From contig LCRY01000003.1 of the NCBI GenBank assembly GCA_001004905.1, positions 24,830 to 88,829 of the forward strand: 64,000 bases of DNA. The letters are read 5' to 3'. The stretch's first letter is position 1; every line of letters begins with the position of its first letter. Positions 1 through 10,885 of this stretch are shown in pieces. Both the position numbers and the translations under genes were made by a program. Source of the DNA: Parcubacteria group bacterium GW2011_GWA1_56_13 (GTDB taxonomy: Bacteria > Patescibacteriota > Minisyncoccia > Phycocordibacterales > Phycocordibacteraceae). The notes beneath the pieces were generated by a model that saw nothing but the letters and a program-made list of their open reading frames with translations, searched no databases and was not told the origin of the DNA.

Positions 1-38
1 TGCCCGAGGGAAGGGCGAGGGAATGGTACAGCGCGCTC

Positions 39-305
39 ATGGACTACGGCGCCCGTCTGAAGCGTTCCGGCAACTCGCACAATGCGCGAAGCAACGCCTA
101 TGCAAAGCAATCTAGGTTCGCCGGCTCCTTGCGTGAAGCGCGCGGTGCCATTTTGCGCGAGCTTTCCAAAGGAGCGTTGCCGCGCGCTCGTCTCTCCGGC
201 CTCCTCGGCGTCTCACGCCGCGCGCAAGCTACCCGGGCGCTTAAGGCGCTTCAATCGGAAGGGCTAGTGCGCGCGAAGAGAGGAACATTCTCGCTTGCGG
301 ATTAG
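39..305 (+). CDS. Uncertain ORF at window edge; possible helix-turn-helix segment (C-terminal part).
   Basis: Reads through from near the window start. Basic, HTH-like stretch ARGAILRELSKGALPRARLSGLLGVSRRAQATRALKALQSEGLV. No other support. Confidence 0.2.
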   Translation: MDYGARLKRSGNSHNARSNAYAKQSRFAGSLREARGAILRELSKGALPRARLSGLLGVSRRAQATRALKALQSEGLVRAKRGTFSLAD

Positions 306-406
306 CTCCGTCAGATAATTCGCGACAGATAAACGCGTAAAAGGAAATACTAACTGGCACTCGGCGACCGGAACGAGGAGGACAAGGTCGGAGTATCGAA
401 CGAGGA

Positions 407-1561
407 TCATCGAAAATCCTTTATAAGCAGCGTCGATGTCACGCCGGCACTGGCAATGAATCCGCCGGTGAGCGCGAAAAAGAGGGGATAATTTCCGAAG
501 AGGAGGATGATACTTGCGGCGACCGGTGCGACCAGGTTCGCCACGGGCCAAATGCCCCGGAAGACGCTTATCGAGTTGACGTCTTTTTCGCTCACGCGCC
601 GGAAGAAGTGCCCTTCCGTCATGCTTTCGACGAGCGCCGCTCCCGCGCGCGAGGTGACTAGCACCGCGAGGATGAGGATGAGCGGCGTGTTCTGTGTAAA
701 AAGGCTTATCGCCGCGAATGAAGCTCCGGCGAGAATGTAGCCGATGAACATCATCTCTTTGTCGCCGATTACCTTGTCGGCCAATATGCCCGCCGGGTAC
801 TCGATAAGCACGTACGGGACCAGCATGACGGCGAATATCCAGCCGAGGTCGCTCCAGGGAATGCCGATGATCTCGTGCAGATACAGTGGAGTATAGAAGG
901 GTGCCCATGAGAAAAAAAGATAGAGCAGAAAATGACCGAAGGTGACGGCCGCAAGGTCGCGGTCGCGCACCATACATTGCGCCGTATCTTTGACGTGCGA
1001 GAGGAGCGGCGGAGTTCCGGGGGGCAATTTCCGCGCGGCAAACAGAATGATGAACGGCACTGTGGCGGCCGCGGAGGCGATGAAGACGAGGTGATAAGCG
1101 TCACGCGACGCAAGGAGCGCTCCCATGAGAAGCGGGGCGGCGAGCGCCGCCACGTTCCACGCGGTCAGGAAAATGGTCCGTACGCGCCCCGTGACTCCTT
1201 CTTCGGCCACCGTCGCCTCCAAGAGCAGGTCGAGCTGGTATGCGAGGAACGGTCCAAGAGCGATAGCCATTGAAGCGAACACGGATACCGAGAGCGCATT
1301 TGGCACGGCGGCGAGCGCGAGCAGAGATAACATTTCGAGTATTGCGATGATGATGGCGAGTTGCTGCGCACCGTAGCGGGCAACGATGCGGGGGAGGAAG
1401 GGAAAGACGATGCATGAAACAAGTGCGCCGGCGGCGATGACCAATCCGGCGGACACCTCCGACATGAAGGAGAAAAGATAAGGCACAATGATGTAGGTAA
1501 GAGCTGTCGAAAAAAGCGCAAAGAAGAAATTTCCGAGCGACAGAACGACTCGCGGACGCAT
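407..1561 (-). CDS. MFS-type transporter (12-TM permease).
   Basis: About 380 aa of continuous hydrophobic helices, with G/P-rich loops typical of the major facilitator superfamily. Start refined to the internal Met MRPRVV; the ORF could extend to 1621. Confidence 0.65.
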   Translation of the reverse strand: MRPRVVLSLGNFFFALFSTALTYIIVPYLFSFMSEVSAGLVIAAGALVSCIVFPFLPRIVARYGAQQLAIIIAILEMLSLLALAAVPNALSVSVFASMAIALGPFLAYQLDLLLEATVAEEGVTGRVRTIFLTAWNVAALAAPLLMGALLASRDAYHLVFIASAAATVPFIILFAARKLPPGTPPLLSHVKDTAQCMVRDRDLAAVTFGHFLLYLFFSWAPFYTPLYLHEIIGIPWSDLGWIFAVMLVPYVLIEYPAGILADKVIGDKEMMFIGYILAGASFAAISLFTQNTPLILILAVLVTSRAGAALVESMTEGHFFRRVSEKDVNSISVFRGIWPVANLVAPVAASIILLFGNYPLFFALTGGFIASAGVTSTLLIKDFR

Positions 1562-1626
1562 AGTGTTTCGAGCATAGCACACAAAGAACGCGGCTCGCCT
1601 CAGGCGAGCCGCGTTCCGCAAAACGT

Positions 1627-3585
1627 CTACATCCCGATAAGAACCGGGATGACCATCGGCGCTTTATTGGTGCGGGCGAAGAGGAACCCCGCGATGACAT
1701 CGGTCAGGTTGTTCTTCACATAATCGAGGTCGATCGGGTTCATATTGCGCGTGGAATCCTCGATGGTCTTCTTGATGAGGACGCGCGCCTCATTGAGAAG
1801 ATTCTGCGACTCGCGCAGATAGATGAAACCGCGACTGATGATGTCGGGCGACTTGCGCAGTTTCCCGGTCTTGAGGGCGACGCTCGCGATAATGACGAAC
1901 ATACCGTCCTTGGCGAGCGACTGGCGGTCGCGAATGACGACTTCCTGTATGTCGCCGATCGTAAAGCCGTCAACGACCATCGGCGCGGAAGGCACTTTTT
2001 GCTTGTGCACGTTCATCCGCTCGCCGTTCTCAATGTCGATGACCGTGCCGTTGTCCGGCACGATGATGTTCTCCTTCGGAAAGCCCGACTGTTCGACGGC
2101 CTTCGCATGGCAGCGCAGCATTGAGTGGTAGCCGTACGCGGGCATGAAGAACGTAGCCCCGACTTGCTTGTTGATCCAGACCAGCTCGCCTGTGTTGCCA
2201 TGGCCGGTCGAATGGACGTCGCTTGAGCGGTAGTGGATGAGCGTCACACCGTGACGGTAAAGATTGTCCTTCAGTTTCTGCACGGCTATCTCATTACCGG
2301 GGATGACGGAAGAGGACAGCACGATGGTGTCACGCTCGTTCAGGGTAATGTTCTTATGCTGTTCGGTGGCGATGCGCATCAGCGCCGCGAATTCTTCGCC
2401 CTGCGCGCCGGTGGAGAGAATGACGATCTTGTCCGGCGGATAATTGCCGATGTCCTGCGCGGGGATGATCGTCTCCTTCTTTATCTTGAGAAGGCCGGTT
2501 TTTTCCGCGATCTCGAGGTTGTTCCGGATGGAACGACCTTCGGTGACGATTTTTTTCCCGAGTTTTTCCGCCGCTTCCATGATGTGGATCATGCGTTCGA
2601 ACTGTGACGCGAATGTCCCAATGATGAGGCGACCGGAGACCGTCTTAATGATCTCCTCGAGCGTCTGGATGACGCGCTTCTCGGGAATGGAGAAACCGTC
2701 CTTTTCCGCGTTCGTCGAGTCGGCGATGAAGAAAATGTTTTTATCTTTGCCGATGGTGCCCCACGTCTTTACTTCATGCTCGGCGGGTACGCCATCATCA
2801 TGGTCGAGCTTCAGGTCGCCGGTGATGACGACATTGCCCTGCGGAGTCTCGACCGAAACACCCATCGAGTCGGGGATAGAGTGCGTGACCGGGAAGAATT
2901 TGACCCGAGTGCTCCCGATGGTCACGGATTGGCCGACTTCGACGGTGTGTATCTCGGATTTAGGCACGTCCGGATATTCTTCTTGCCGTCGCTGGATCAT
3001 GATACCAGTGAGATTCTGCGTATAGAGCGGAGGCGTTCCGAATCGCGGCAGTGTGAAGGGAATGCCGCCGATGTGGTCGAGATGTCCGTGAGTGATGATG
3101 ACGCCTTTCACGCGGTCGGCGTTCTTCTCCAGATATTTCGTGTTGGGGAGGATGTAATCGACCCCCGGGGAGGTATCCTCGGAAACGAATTGGAAGCCGG
3201 CGTCAAAGACGAGAATGTCGCCGGTCGCGCCCACTTCGACTGCGGTCATGTTACGGCCGACCTCTTCGACGCCTCCGAGCGGGATGATGCGGACCGTCGT
3301 TGGTCCTGCCGGTTCCGGAAAATAATCGGCGGCGCGGGGAACTCGGTTCGACTGGCTCATGGGACGGCGCAGGATGCGCTGAATGCGGCGCGACGCGCCG
3401 CCGGGGCGGGATGTTCCCCTTCCTCCTCGGTTCGAATGGCGGCCGCCTGGTTGCGAGCGGCCTCGTTCAGGCAGACCGCGCTCGAAACGCCGCGGCCCCC
3501 CCGGCCGCGGTGCACGCGATGGCGCCGGACGCGTGTATCCCGGAGTCGGTGCTGGTGCTGGTGCTGGTGCTGGTGCTGGATTCAT
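1627..3585 (-). CDS. rnj: Ribonuclease J (metallo-beta-lactamase / beta-CASP) with an Arg/Gly/Pro-rich N-terminal extension.
   Basis: HGHLDHIGG metal-binding motif; beta-CASP and RNase J C-terminal regions; 652 aa. The N-terminal ~100 aa are low-complexity (PAPAPAPAPAPTPG..RGGRG..). Confidence 0.85.
   Translation of the reverse strand: MNPAPAPAPAPAPTPGYTRPAPSRAPRPGGPRRFERGLPERGRSQPGGRHSNRGGRGTSRPGGASRRIQRILRRPMSQSNRVPRAADYFPEPAGPTTVRIIPLGGVEEVGRNMTAVEVGATGDILVFDAGFQFVSEDTSPGVDYILPNTKYLEKNADRVKGVIITHGHLDHIGGIPFTLPRFGTPPLYTQNLTGIMIQRRQEEYPDVPKSEIHTVEVGQSVTIGSTRVKFFPVTHSIPDSMGVSVETPQGNVVITGDLKLDHDDGVPAEHEVKTWGTIGKDKNIFFIADSTNAEKDGFSIPEKRVIQTLEEIIKTVSGRLIIGTFASQFERMIHIMEAAEKLGKKIVTEGRSIRNNLEIAEKTGLLKIKKETIIPAQDIGNYPPDKIVILSTGAQGEEFAALMRIATEQHKNITLNERDTIVLSSSVIPGNEIAVQKLKDNLYRHGVTLIHYRSSDVHSTGHGNTGELVWINKQVGATFFMPAYGYHSMLRCHAKAVEQSGFPKENIIVPDNGTVIDIENGERMNVHKQKVPSAPMVVDGFTIGDIQEVVIRDRQSLAKDGMFVIIASVALKTGKLRKSPDIISRGFIYLRESQNLLNEARVLIKKTIEDSTRNMNPIDLDYVKNNLTDVIAGFLFARTNKAPMVIPVLIGM
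3548..3580. repeat. Hexanucleotide repeat (GGTGCT)x5.5, encoding (Pro-Ala)n at the rnj 5' end.
   Basis: ggtgctggtgctggtgctggtgctggtgctgg is seen directly. On the minus strand it reads CCA GCA repeats. Confidence 0.8.
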
Positions 3586-3645
3586 ACTGATTGGTTGGTT
3601 ACTGGGCTTGCGAAACGAATAAATGAAACCCGTACGAAAAATGGT

Positions 3646-5367
3646 TCAGCGGCTGCGGTTAGCGAAGAACGGCCACACAGCATCGGTCGAGCGATACCAG
3701 GATGCTGCGGTCGCAAAGCGGTCGGCGGGTACGATGATCTGCGGAAGAGTGACGCCGGAGAGATCTTTCGGCACTGCATACGTGAAATCCGGCGCGTAAA
3801 TGAACGCGGCGGGATACTCGGCGGCGATGATGTCCTCGATCTTTTGAAGATCGTTCGTCCGCTTCGCGTCATCGGTCGAACTGCGGACGTTCGCAAGCAG
3901 AGCATCGACGGTTTTGTTCGCGTACAGCGCGATATTCAAACCGGGGTCATTGCGCTCATGCGAATCCCAAAATGCATAGAGGTCCTGGTCGCGGCCGATG
4001 ACCATGCCATAGAGCAGCGCTTCGTATTTGCGCGGTCGGATGATGTTTTGCGAAAGGTCGCCCGATTCATAGAGCTCGATAGTGACGGGGATACCGAGTT
4101 TCTCCCAATCCGCCTTTACGGCGCTCGCGACGCTTTTGAGCTCAGGTACGTTCGAAGTGCGCAGGGTGATGCCGTCGAGGGTCTGTTTGATGCCCGTATT
4201 CTTCCAGACGCGGTCAGAGCCGTCGTACGTCCATCCTGCCGCTTCAAGTACGCCGGCTGCTGCCATCGTCGGGTTCTGAAGTGCCGGAACCGGCGCCTGT
4301 CGCACCGATCCTCCCGGCGGGACCGGTCCCATGATGGCGGTCGCATACCCGCCGAATATCGAATCAACGATCGCCCGCCGGTCGAGCGCGAGCGAGAGCG
4401 CCTTGCGCACTTCGCTCCGCGCGTACACCTGCTTCTCGCTCGGGTTCCAAAACACGCCGAAGACCCGCGCGTACGGAGCAGTCAGCGCCCCTTTGTATGC
4501 AACGTCATATGCGCTCTCGATGTCCCCCTTGATAAGCGCGTTCGTCAGGTCCCCCGCCCGCGAATAGAAGTTGAAGCGGATTCGGTCGAGATAGGGCCGG
4601 CCAAACACGTAATAGGGATTTGCGGCGAGCGTCACATTCTCGATAAGCCCGGAAATGCCGCGCGAAACGTCCGCAACCTTAAAGGGTCCCGCGCCCACCG
4701 GGTTTGCTTGCAGGGTAGAGAAGGGGAATTCCTCGTCCGAAAGGTTTCTCCAGAGCCTGGCGGGGAGGATCCCGAGGGTCGTGAGCCCGAGGAACGGCGC
4801 ATAGGGCTTTGTGAGCGTGAAGCGCACGGTGCGTTGGTCCACCGCGACGACCAGCACGCCGGACCAGTCGGCATACCTCGGGCTCTTGAGCGCAGGGTCC
4901 TGCGCTTTCTGCACCGTGAAGACAACATCATCGGCATCTACTGGCGTGCCGTCCGAGAATTTCGCATTCTCGCGCAGAACGAAGGTATAGCTCTTGCCGT
5001 CAGGCGACGCTTCGTAGCTTTCCGCGAGCACGGGGACGAGCTCTCCCGTCCCGGAGATACCCATGAGGCCCGCGTAGGTGAGCGACGAGAGGTCGCGGTC
5101 CGCGTCGCTGATGGCAAGCAATGGATTGATGAACCGCGGGCTTCCTATCTCGCCTTCGACCAAAGTCCCTCCATAGGTAGGCACTTCCACGAGAAGCGAC
5201 TGTTCGAGGGCGTAGAGGCCGGAAAGCGAAGCGATGCAGACAAGACCTGCCAGAAGATAAAAGAGCACACGGTCTCCCGAGGACAGAGAGCGCACATGAG
5301 CGCCCGCGCGCTCAAGCGCCGGTATGCTCCGCCAGCGCTTGAGTTTCTCGCGCGTCTCGTCGTTCAT
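3646..5367 (-). CDS. ABC transporter substrate-binding protein, family 5 (peptide/nickel type), N-terminally membrane-anchored.
   Basis: 573 aa. N-terminal TM helix, then a family-5 solute-binding-protein-like domain. The 3' end overlaps secG by 4 nt. Confidence 0.7.
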   Translation of the reverse strand: MNDETREKLKRWRSIPALERAGAHVRSLSSGDRVLFYLLAGLVCIASLSGLYALEQSLLVEVPTYGGTLVEGEIGSPRFINPLLAISDADRDLSSLTYAGLMGISGTGELVPVLAESYEASPDGKSYTFVLRENAKFSDGTPVDADDVVFTVQKAQDPALKSPRYADWSGVLVVAVDQRTVRFTLTKPYAPFLGLTTLGILPARLWRNLSDEEFPFSTLQANPVGAGPFKVADVSRGISGLIENVTLAANPYYVFGRPYLDRIRFNFYSRAGDLTNALIKGDIESAYDVAYKGALTAPYARVFGVFWNPSEKQVYARSEVRKALSLALDRRAIVDSIFGGYATAIMGPVPPGGSVRQAPVPALQNPTMAAAGVLEAAGWTYDGSDRVWKNTGIKQTLDGITLRTSNVPELKSVASAVKADWEKLGIPVTIELYESGDLSQNIIRPRKYEALLYGMVIGRDQDLYAFWDSHERNDPGLNIALYANKTVDALLANVRSSTDDAKRTNDLQKIEDIIAAEYPAAFIYAPDFTYAVPKDLSGVTLPQIIVPADRFATAASWYRSTDAVWPFFANRSR

Positions 5368-5603
5368 GACCCCGCAAGAAGGAAGTTCGCTATCGCAGCG
5401 AGTACGAGGAGCAGCGCGATAACGATGGTCGCGTTGAACAAAAATTTTTCGGCGCCTCTGCGCTTGTAAAACGTTGACGCGAAGTTATCGCCTCCGAAGG
5501 CTCCGCCGAGGGTCGCGCCGCGCTGCTGCAGCACGATGCCGACGATGAGGAGTATTGAGAGGATGATTTCCGCGTACGGCAGTGCCGATACGAGTGCCTC
5601 CAT
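5364..5603 (-). CDS. secG: Preprotein translocase subunit SecG.
   Basis: MEALVSALPYAEIILSILLIVGIVLQQRGATLGGAFGG..., a two-TM SecG signature. Start refined to the internal Met; cat at 5601-5603. Confidence 0.75.
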   Translation of the reverse strand: MEALVSALPYAEIILSILLIVGIVLQQRGATLGGAFGGDNFASTFYKRRGAEKFLFNATIVIALLLVLAAIANFLLAGS

Positions 5604-5706
5604 CTTGATTGGGATGGTACCACGGCGGGGGAATGGGGCGCAAGCCAGTGTGTAAAGAAAACAGAACGCCGCGAGGTTCCCCGCGGCGCCGGACTGATTC
5701 CTTGTG

Positions 5707-6138
5707 CTACTTTTTTGCAGACAGCGCTTCGGCCGGTGCGGCGACGGCGACCGGTTTGCCGATAGCGACCGGTTGGCCGTCGACCAGGGCGAAGTACTCT
5801 GACGGCGGGGCCGGCGCCTTGACGCGGATTGCAAGAAACTGCTTTTTCACGACCCCTTTCACGAGAAGAACCTGATCCCCCCCGTCCTCGGTGGACGAGA
5901 TGACCTGGTACGCCGTCCCTTCCTTGAGCCGTGCCGTGAACTCCTCGGCTGAATACGGAATACGCCCGTAGCCGAACCCGTTGGGACTGAAGATTGCAGT
6001 GCCGAATACCACCAGAGCGAATGCCGTCAATATCCAGGGGAGAATGGAACCCACCTCTTTTTTCCCGGAGAGAACAACGGCTACCACCGTGACAATGACA
6101 CCGATAATGAAAAGAAACGTGACGTCCAACATGCCCAT
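5707..6138 (-). CDS. Hypothetical membrane protein (2 TM plus an extracytoplasmic beta-rich domain).
   Basis: The N-terminal half is hydrophobic; the C-terminal half is an Ala/Pro-rich soluble domain. No family recognised. Confidence 0.4.
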   Translation of the reverse strand: MGMLDVTFLFIIGVIVTVVAVVLSGKKEVGSILPWILTAFALVVFGTAIFSPNGFGYGRIPYSAEEFTARLKEGTAYQVISSTEDGGDQVLLVKGVVKKQFLAIRVKAPAPPSEYFALVDGQPVAIGKPVAVAAPAEALSAKK

Positions 6139-6323
6139 CTCCTCGTATTGATTACCACGGCGTTTCCCGCCGTGAGGAACTTCGTTTTGAAGAACTTTTT
6201 TAAGAATAGCATTCTATTTATTGTGTGTCAAGTCCAACATAGTTGCACGGAGACGGAACTTTCTCTATACTCCCTTCACGTGTGAAGAGGGCGTGATTAT
6301 TCATCTTATTTACATAGGACACT

Positions 6324-6629
6324 ATGGCTAAAAAGCTTTCGCTTGTGCCGCTCGGGGACCGCGTGGTCGTGGCGCCCGCCGACAAAGAGGGCGAGAAGAA
6401 ACTCGCCTCCGGCATCATCATTCCCGAGACGGTGGACAAAGAGAAGCCGGCGAAGGGCGAGGTCATCGCCGTCGGCCCGGGCAAATACGAAGACGGCAAG
6501 CGCATCCCGCTCCAGGTCAAGGTCGGCGATACCGTGCTCTTCAGCAAGTATGGCTACGACGAAGTGAAGATCGAAGGGCAGGAGTACTACATCCTCTCGG
6601 AGTCCAGTATTTTAGGTATCGTTAAATAA
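6324..6629 (+). CDS. groES: Co-chaperonin GroES.
   Basis: [54 protein letters not shown]...; 101 aa, immediately upstream of groEL. Confidence 0.95.
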   Translation: MAKKLSLVPLGDRVVVAPADKEGEKKLASGIIIPETVDKEKPAKGEVIAVGPGKYEDGKRIPLQVKVGDTVLFSKYGYDEVKIEGQEYYILSESSILGIVK

Positions 6630-8273
<1,644 letters not shown>

Positions 8274-8310
8274 TTGGCCGGCCGCTCATAGCGGATAGCG
8301 TATAGAAAGA

Positions 8311-8338
8311 GAAAGGCCCTGTGATACGGGGCCTTTCT
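8311..8338 (+). terminator. Hairpin downstream of groEL (weak intrinsic terminator).
   Basis: gaaaggccc-tgtgatac-gggcctttc stem-loop. The U-tract is short. Confidence 0.4.
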
Positions 8339-8540
8339 CGTCGGCGCGCTGGTCAGGGAAGCGTGCCGAGCGTGTGCCGCACGATGAATTGTTGTTGTTG
8401 GAAAAGGAATGCGCCGAACCGGTGCCGAAGGGTCTCCCACACCCCCCGTGCGATTTCGGAAGGTATATCGCCGTCGTTGCTGCGGTCTTTTCCCATCGCC
8501 ATCTTCCTCTTTATCGCGGGAATGTCAATTCGGTTCGGAG

Positions 8541-9053
8541 CTACCAGGAACTGCACGCGGGCTCGCCGCTACAAAGCATCCACGACCAGGTCGGGCGCAC
8601 CGGATCATAAAATGGCTGCCCCACGGCGGGGTAGCTTTCGGGAGTACCGTGCACCAGGAGCTTGTAATTCGTACCGTCGGAATTGTACAGATAGCCGTTG
8701 CAGCTCCCCGGTGCGGCCGGGTCGGTCGGGAGTACGGATATATATTTCGGCGTCAGCCCCCTAATATAGGCCTCCGCACCGCTCGTCTGTCCATTGCCCG
8801 GACCGCAGGGGACAGTGCTTACTCCGCTCCACGCTCCCGGGTGCGGCAACGGATAGGACCCATTGTCGACGTAGTACATGACGATGGCCGTCCGCAACTG
8901 CACCATGTCCTGCACGCGCTTCGTGTCCCGGGCTTTTATCCGCGCTCCGTTGAGGGTCCCGACGACGATGCTCGAAAGTATGCCGATGATGGAGATGACG
9001 ATCAGCAATTCGACGAGCGTAAATCCCCGGGCGCGCCTGTGTGCGTTGGTCAT
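8541..9053 (-). CDS. Type IV pilin-like protein (orphan, outside the main pilus cluster).
   Basis: Prepilin leader MTNAHRRARG|FTLVELLIVISIIGILSSIVVG, with the class III signal peptide and N-terminal hydrophobic helix. Start refined to 9053. Confidence 0.7.
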   Translation of the reverse strand: MTNAHRRARGFTLVELLIVISIIGILSSIVVGTLNGARIKARDTKRVQDMVQLRTAIVMYYVDNGSYPLPHPGAWSGVSTVPCGPGNGQTSGAEAYIRGLTPKYISVLPTDPAAPGSCNGYLYNSDGTNYKLLVHGTPESYPAVGQPFYDPVRPTWSWMLCSGEPACSSW

Positions 9054-9057
9054 ATCG

Positions 9058-9399
9058 TCAGATCTTTTCCAGGCGGGGCGGCGCGTTTGGGGGGTAGAGT
9101 ATCTTCTGCCCCGGCGGCGCTTTGAAAGTGGCATTACCGCCGTTGCCAAAGAGCATCATTCCCATGACAATGGCCAGCACTGCGATGAACGCGATAAGCA
9201 CGTACGCTATCTGCTTCTCGTTCTTGAGAAGGCCGCCGGAATGCTGCAGTATCCACAGAGTCGCTTTCGACGGCTCCGCGTAGGACACCCGACTCGGCTG
9301 CTGCCATTGCTCCTCTTCAAACTGCACTTTTGGGGGTTCATTCAGCGGGTCCATGGGTGCGGGGGTCTCCTGATGCTTCAATGGTAGCACCCGCCGCAC
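9058..9399 (-). CDS. Hypothetical small single-TM protein, upstream of and co-oriented with the orphan pilin.
   Basis: 113 aa, one TM helix (IAYVLIAFIAVLAIVMGMMLF). No family recognised. Confidence 0.35.
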   Translation of the reverse strand: MRRVLPLKHQETPAPMDPLNEPPKVQFEEEQWQQPSRVSYAEPSKATLWILQHSGGLLKNEKQIAYVLIAFIAVLAIVMGMMLFGNGGNATFKAPPGQKILYPPNAPPRLEKI

Positions 9400-9447
9400 A
9401 TGCCGGAGGGCCCCCGGTGGAGAATCGGATGCTTCGCGGAAAGTTAT

Positions 9448-9567
9448 GCCGGCAAGGACGATGCGGCTTCCGCCGCCGCGCTCCTTCTTACCACCGAAGC
9501 GGCAGTCGCTGACATCCCGGAGTCGAAAAAGGAAGCACCCGCAGGAGAAATGGGGATGGACTACTGA
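9448..9567 (+). pseudogene. Truncated duplicate of the groEL 3' end (C-terminal ~39 codons).
   Basis: The gccggcaaggacgatgcgg...ttccgccgccgcgctccttcttaccaccgaagcggcagtcgctgaca segment is near-identical to groEL 8010-8030 plus 8166-8215. It reads [39 protein letters not shown] and is followed by its own terminator. Confidence 0.75.
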
Positions 9568-9576
9568 AAATAAAAA

Positions 9577-9600
9577 GCCCGTGCTCGCGGGGCTTTTGTT
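9577..9600 (+). terminator. Intrinsic terminator after the groEL fragment.
   Basis: gcccgtgctcgcggggc hairpin followed by ttttgtt. Confidence 0.55.
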
Positions 9601-9658
9601 CTGCAGCGAGATAAAAGAGAAAGCCCGCCGGAGCGAGCTGTCTCGCGCGGCGGACTCC

Positions 9659-9940
9659 TTAAGAAGATCCTTTCTTTCGCAATTCCTCCATCAGCAGCAA
9701 GAGACAGCCGGCAGTGAAGACACCGGGAACGATGTAGAAGAGGATAGTGAATCCCATCGCGGCGAACGCCATCTCCCTGTCGAAGCAGCCGCGCTCCAGG
9801 GCGTAGCAGGCCCTGCTCATCTCCAGGATGGCCGCATCTACTCGCGCGGTTCCCAGATACCCGAAAAGGAGCCAAAGCAACACGGCTCCTATGCATATCC
9901 CTGCCACGCTTACAACGACGGCGACCGTTTTCTTCGTCAT
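9659..9940 (-). CDS. Hypothetical membrane protein.
   Basis: Two or three TM helices. Start taken at MTKKTV; the ORF could extend to 10021. Confidence 0.35.
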   Translation of the reverse strand: MTKKTVAVVVSVAGICIGAVLLWLLFGYLGTARVDAAILEMSRACYALERGCFDREMAFAAMGFTILFYIVPGVFTAGCLLLLMEELRKKGSS

Positions 9941-10055
9941 GCGCCTTCCCCTTATCTGTCGTGAATGGCCATCCGGTAAGGATGGATCAAATTTCCTGGG
10001 TTGAGTGTAGAATACTATCAATCACTTGTCAAGTGGCCGCCGCTCACCATACCGC

Positions 10056-10775
10056 CTACGGCTGTTCGTTGTAGGAGACGACTTCCCAGCCGCGCGTGGG
10101 CGACAGTATCTTCCACGGGTGGAATTCGCAGGTGGTGATGCCCGCGTTATCGGATACGTTAAAGAAGGAGAGCTTCACGAAATCGGCGGAGTGAAGGCGT
10201 TCGCGGTAGAGCAGGTACGCGATGAGCATTTTGAGAAAATGGTGGTGGGTAACGACCACGGTCTCGCGCGTGCCCTGGCGAGCGAGCAGGGCGAGGCATT
10301 TGCGCGCCCGCTTTTTCAGGTCGATGAAATTTTCCTCGTCGGAAAAGCGGTAGTCGTCGCCGTGGTACGCGAGGTCCATCTGGTCAACGATACGGATGAC
10401 GTCGGGGTCGCGGGTCGGCTTGCCGACGATTTCCGACGGATTTCTGCGCTCCGCGAAGAGCGGGGAATAGATGATGGGAACATTCAGGTGTTTTTTGAGG
10501 ATATCCGCGGTCTCGCGTGCGCGGGGATACGTACTCGAGATGATGCGCTCTATGGGGAGGCGCTTGAGGACTTCGCCCACTTTCTCCGCCTGATGCCGGC
10601 CGTCCTCGGAAAGGCCTCCTTCCGGGCCTTGCCGGATGTGCTGCGCATTCAAGAGCGTCTCGCCGTGGCGGACGAAATAGAACCGCCGCGTTCGCATGAA
10701 AAAGAACAGGAGTGCGAGCGCGACGAGCGCCAACAGCGGCGAAAGGGCGGAGGCGAGCGCGGAGAGGGGGAGCAT
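10056..10775 (-). CDS. Histidine phosphatase family protein (PGAM/SixA-like) with an N-terminal TM anchor.
   Basis: RFYFVRHGETLLN (RHG catalytic motif), ...STYPRARETA..., and a conserved His near the C-terminus (VVVTHHHFL). Confidence 0.7.
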   Translation of the reverse strand: MLPLSALASALSPLLALVALALLFFFMRTRRFYFVRHGETLLNAQHIRQGPEGGLSEDGRHQAEKVGEVLKRLPIERIISSTYPRARETADILKKHLNVPIIYSPLFAERRNPSEIVGKPTRDPDVIRIVDQMDLAYHGDDYRFSDEENFIDLKKRARKCLALLARQGTRETVVVTHHHFLKMLIAYLLYRERLHSADFVKLSFFNVSDNAGITTCEFHPWKILSPTRGWEVVSYNEQP

Positions 10776-10885
10776 GACGCCCAGTATAGCCCGGCGGTGT
10801 CCGACTTGTTGAGGACCTGTCTGCCTCGTGCGGCGGCTGTTGATAAGGGTTCGCCGTCCCCCCGACCCCCTGTAGAATTACCCCT

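Noticed and set aside
3548-3590. Possible CRISPR-like short repeat.
   Set aside because: It is a perfect hexanucleotide microsatellite without spacers, in-frame inside rnj. No CRISPR array, cas genes or spacer-repeat structure occur anywhere in the window.
2776-5469. 897-aa plus-strand ORF spanning the rnj and substrate-binding-protein loci.
   Set aside because: It is antisense to two well-supported minus-strand genes and has Arg/Ala/Gly-rich composition. This is the typical spurious long ORF of high-GC DNA.
8321-8764. Several overlapping 60-150-aa ORFs on both strands downstream of groEL (8321-8764+, 8353-8556-, 8374-8610+).
   Set aside because: They are mutually overlapping and low-complexity, and are covered by the better-supported minus-strand pilin gene (8541-9053).
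9446-9964. 172-aa plus-strand ORF.
   Set aside because: It begins inside the groEL-tail pseudogene in a different frame and runs antisense over the 9659-9940 membrane-protein gene; it is likely spurious.
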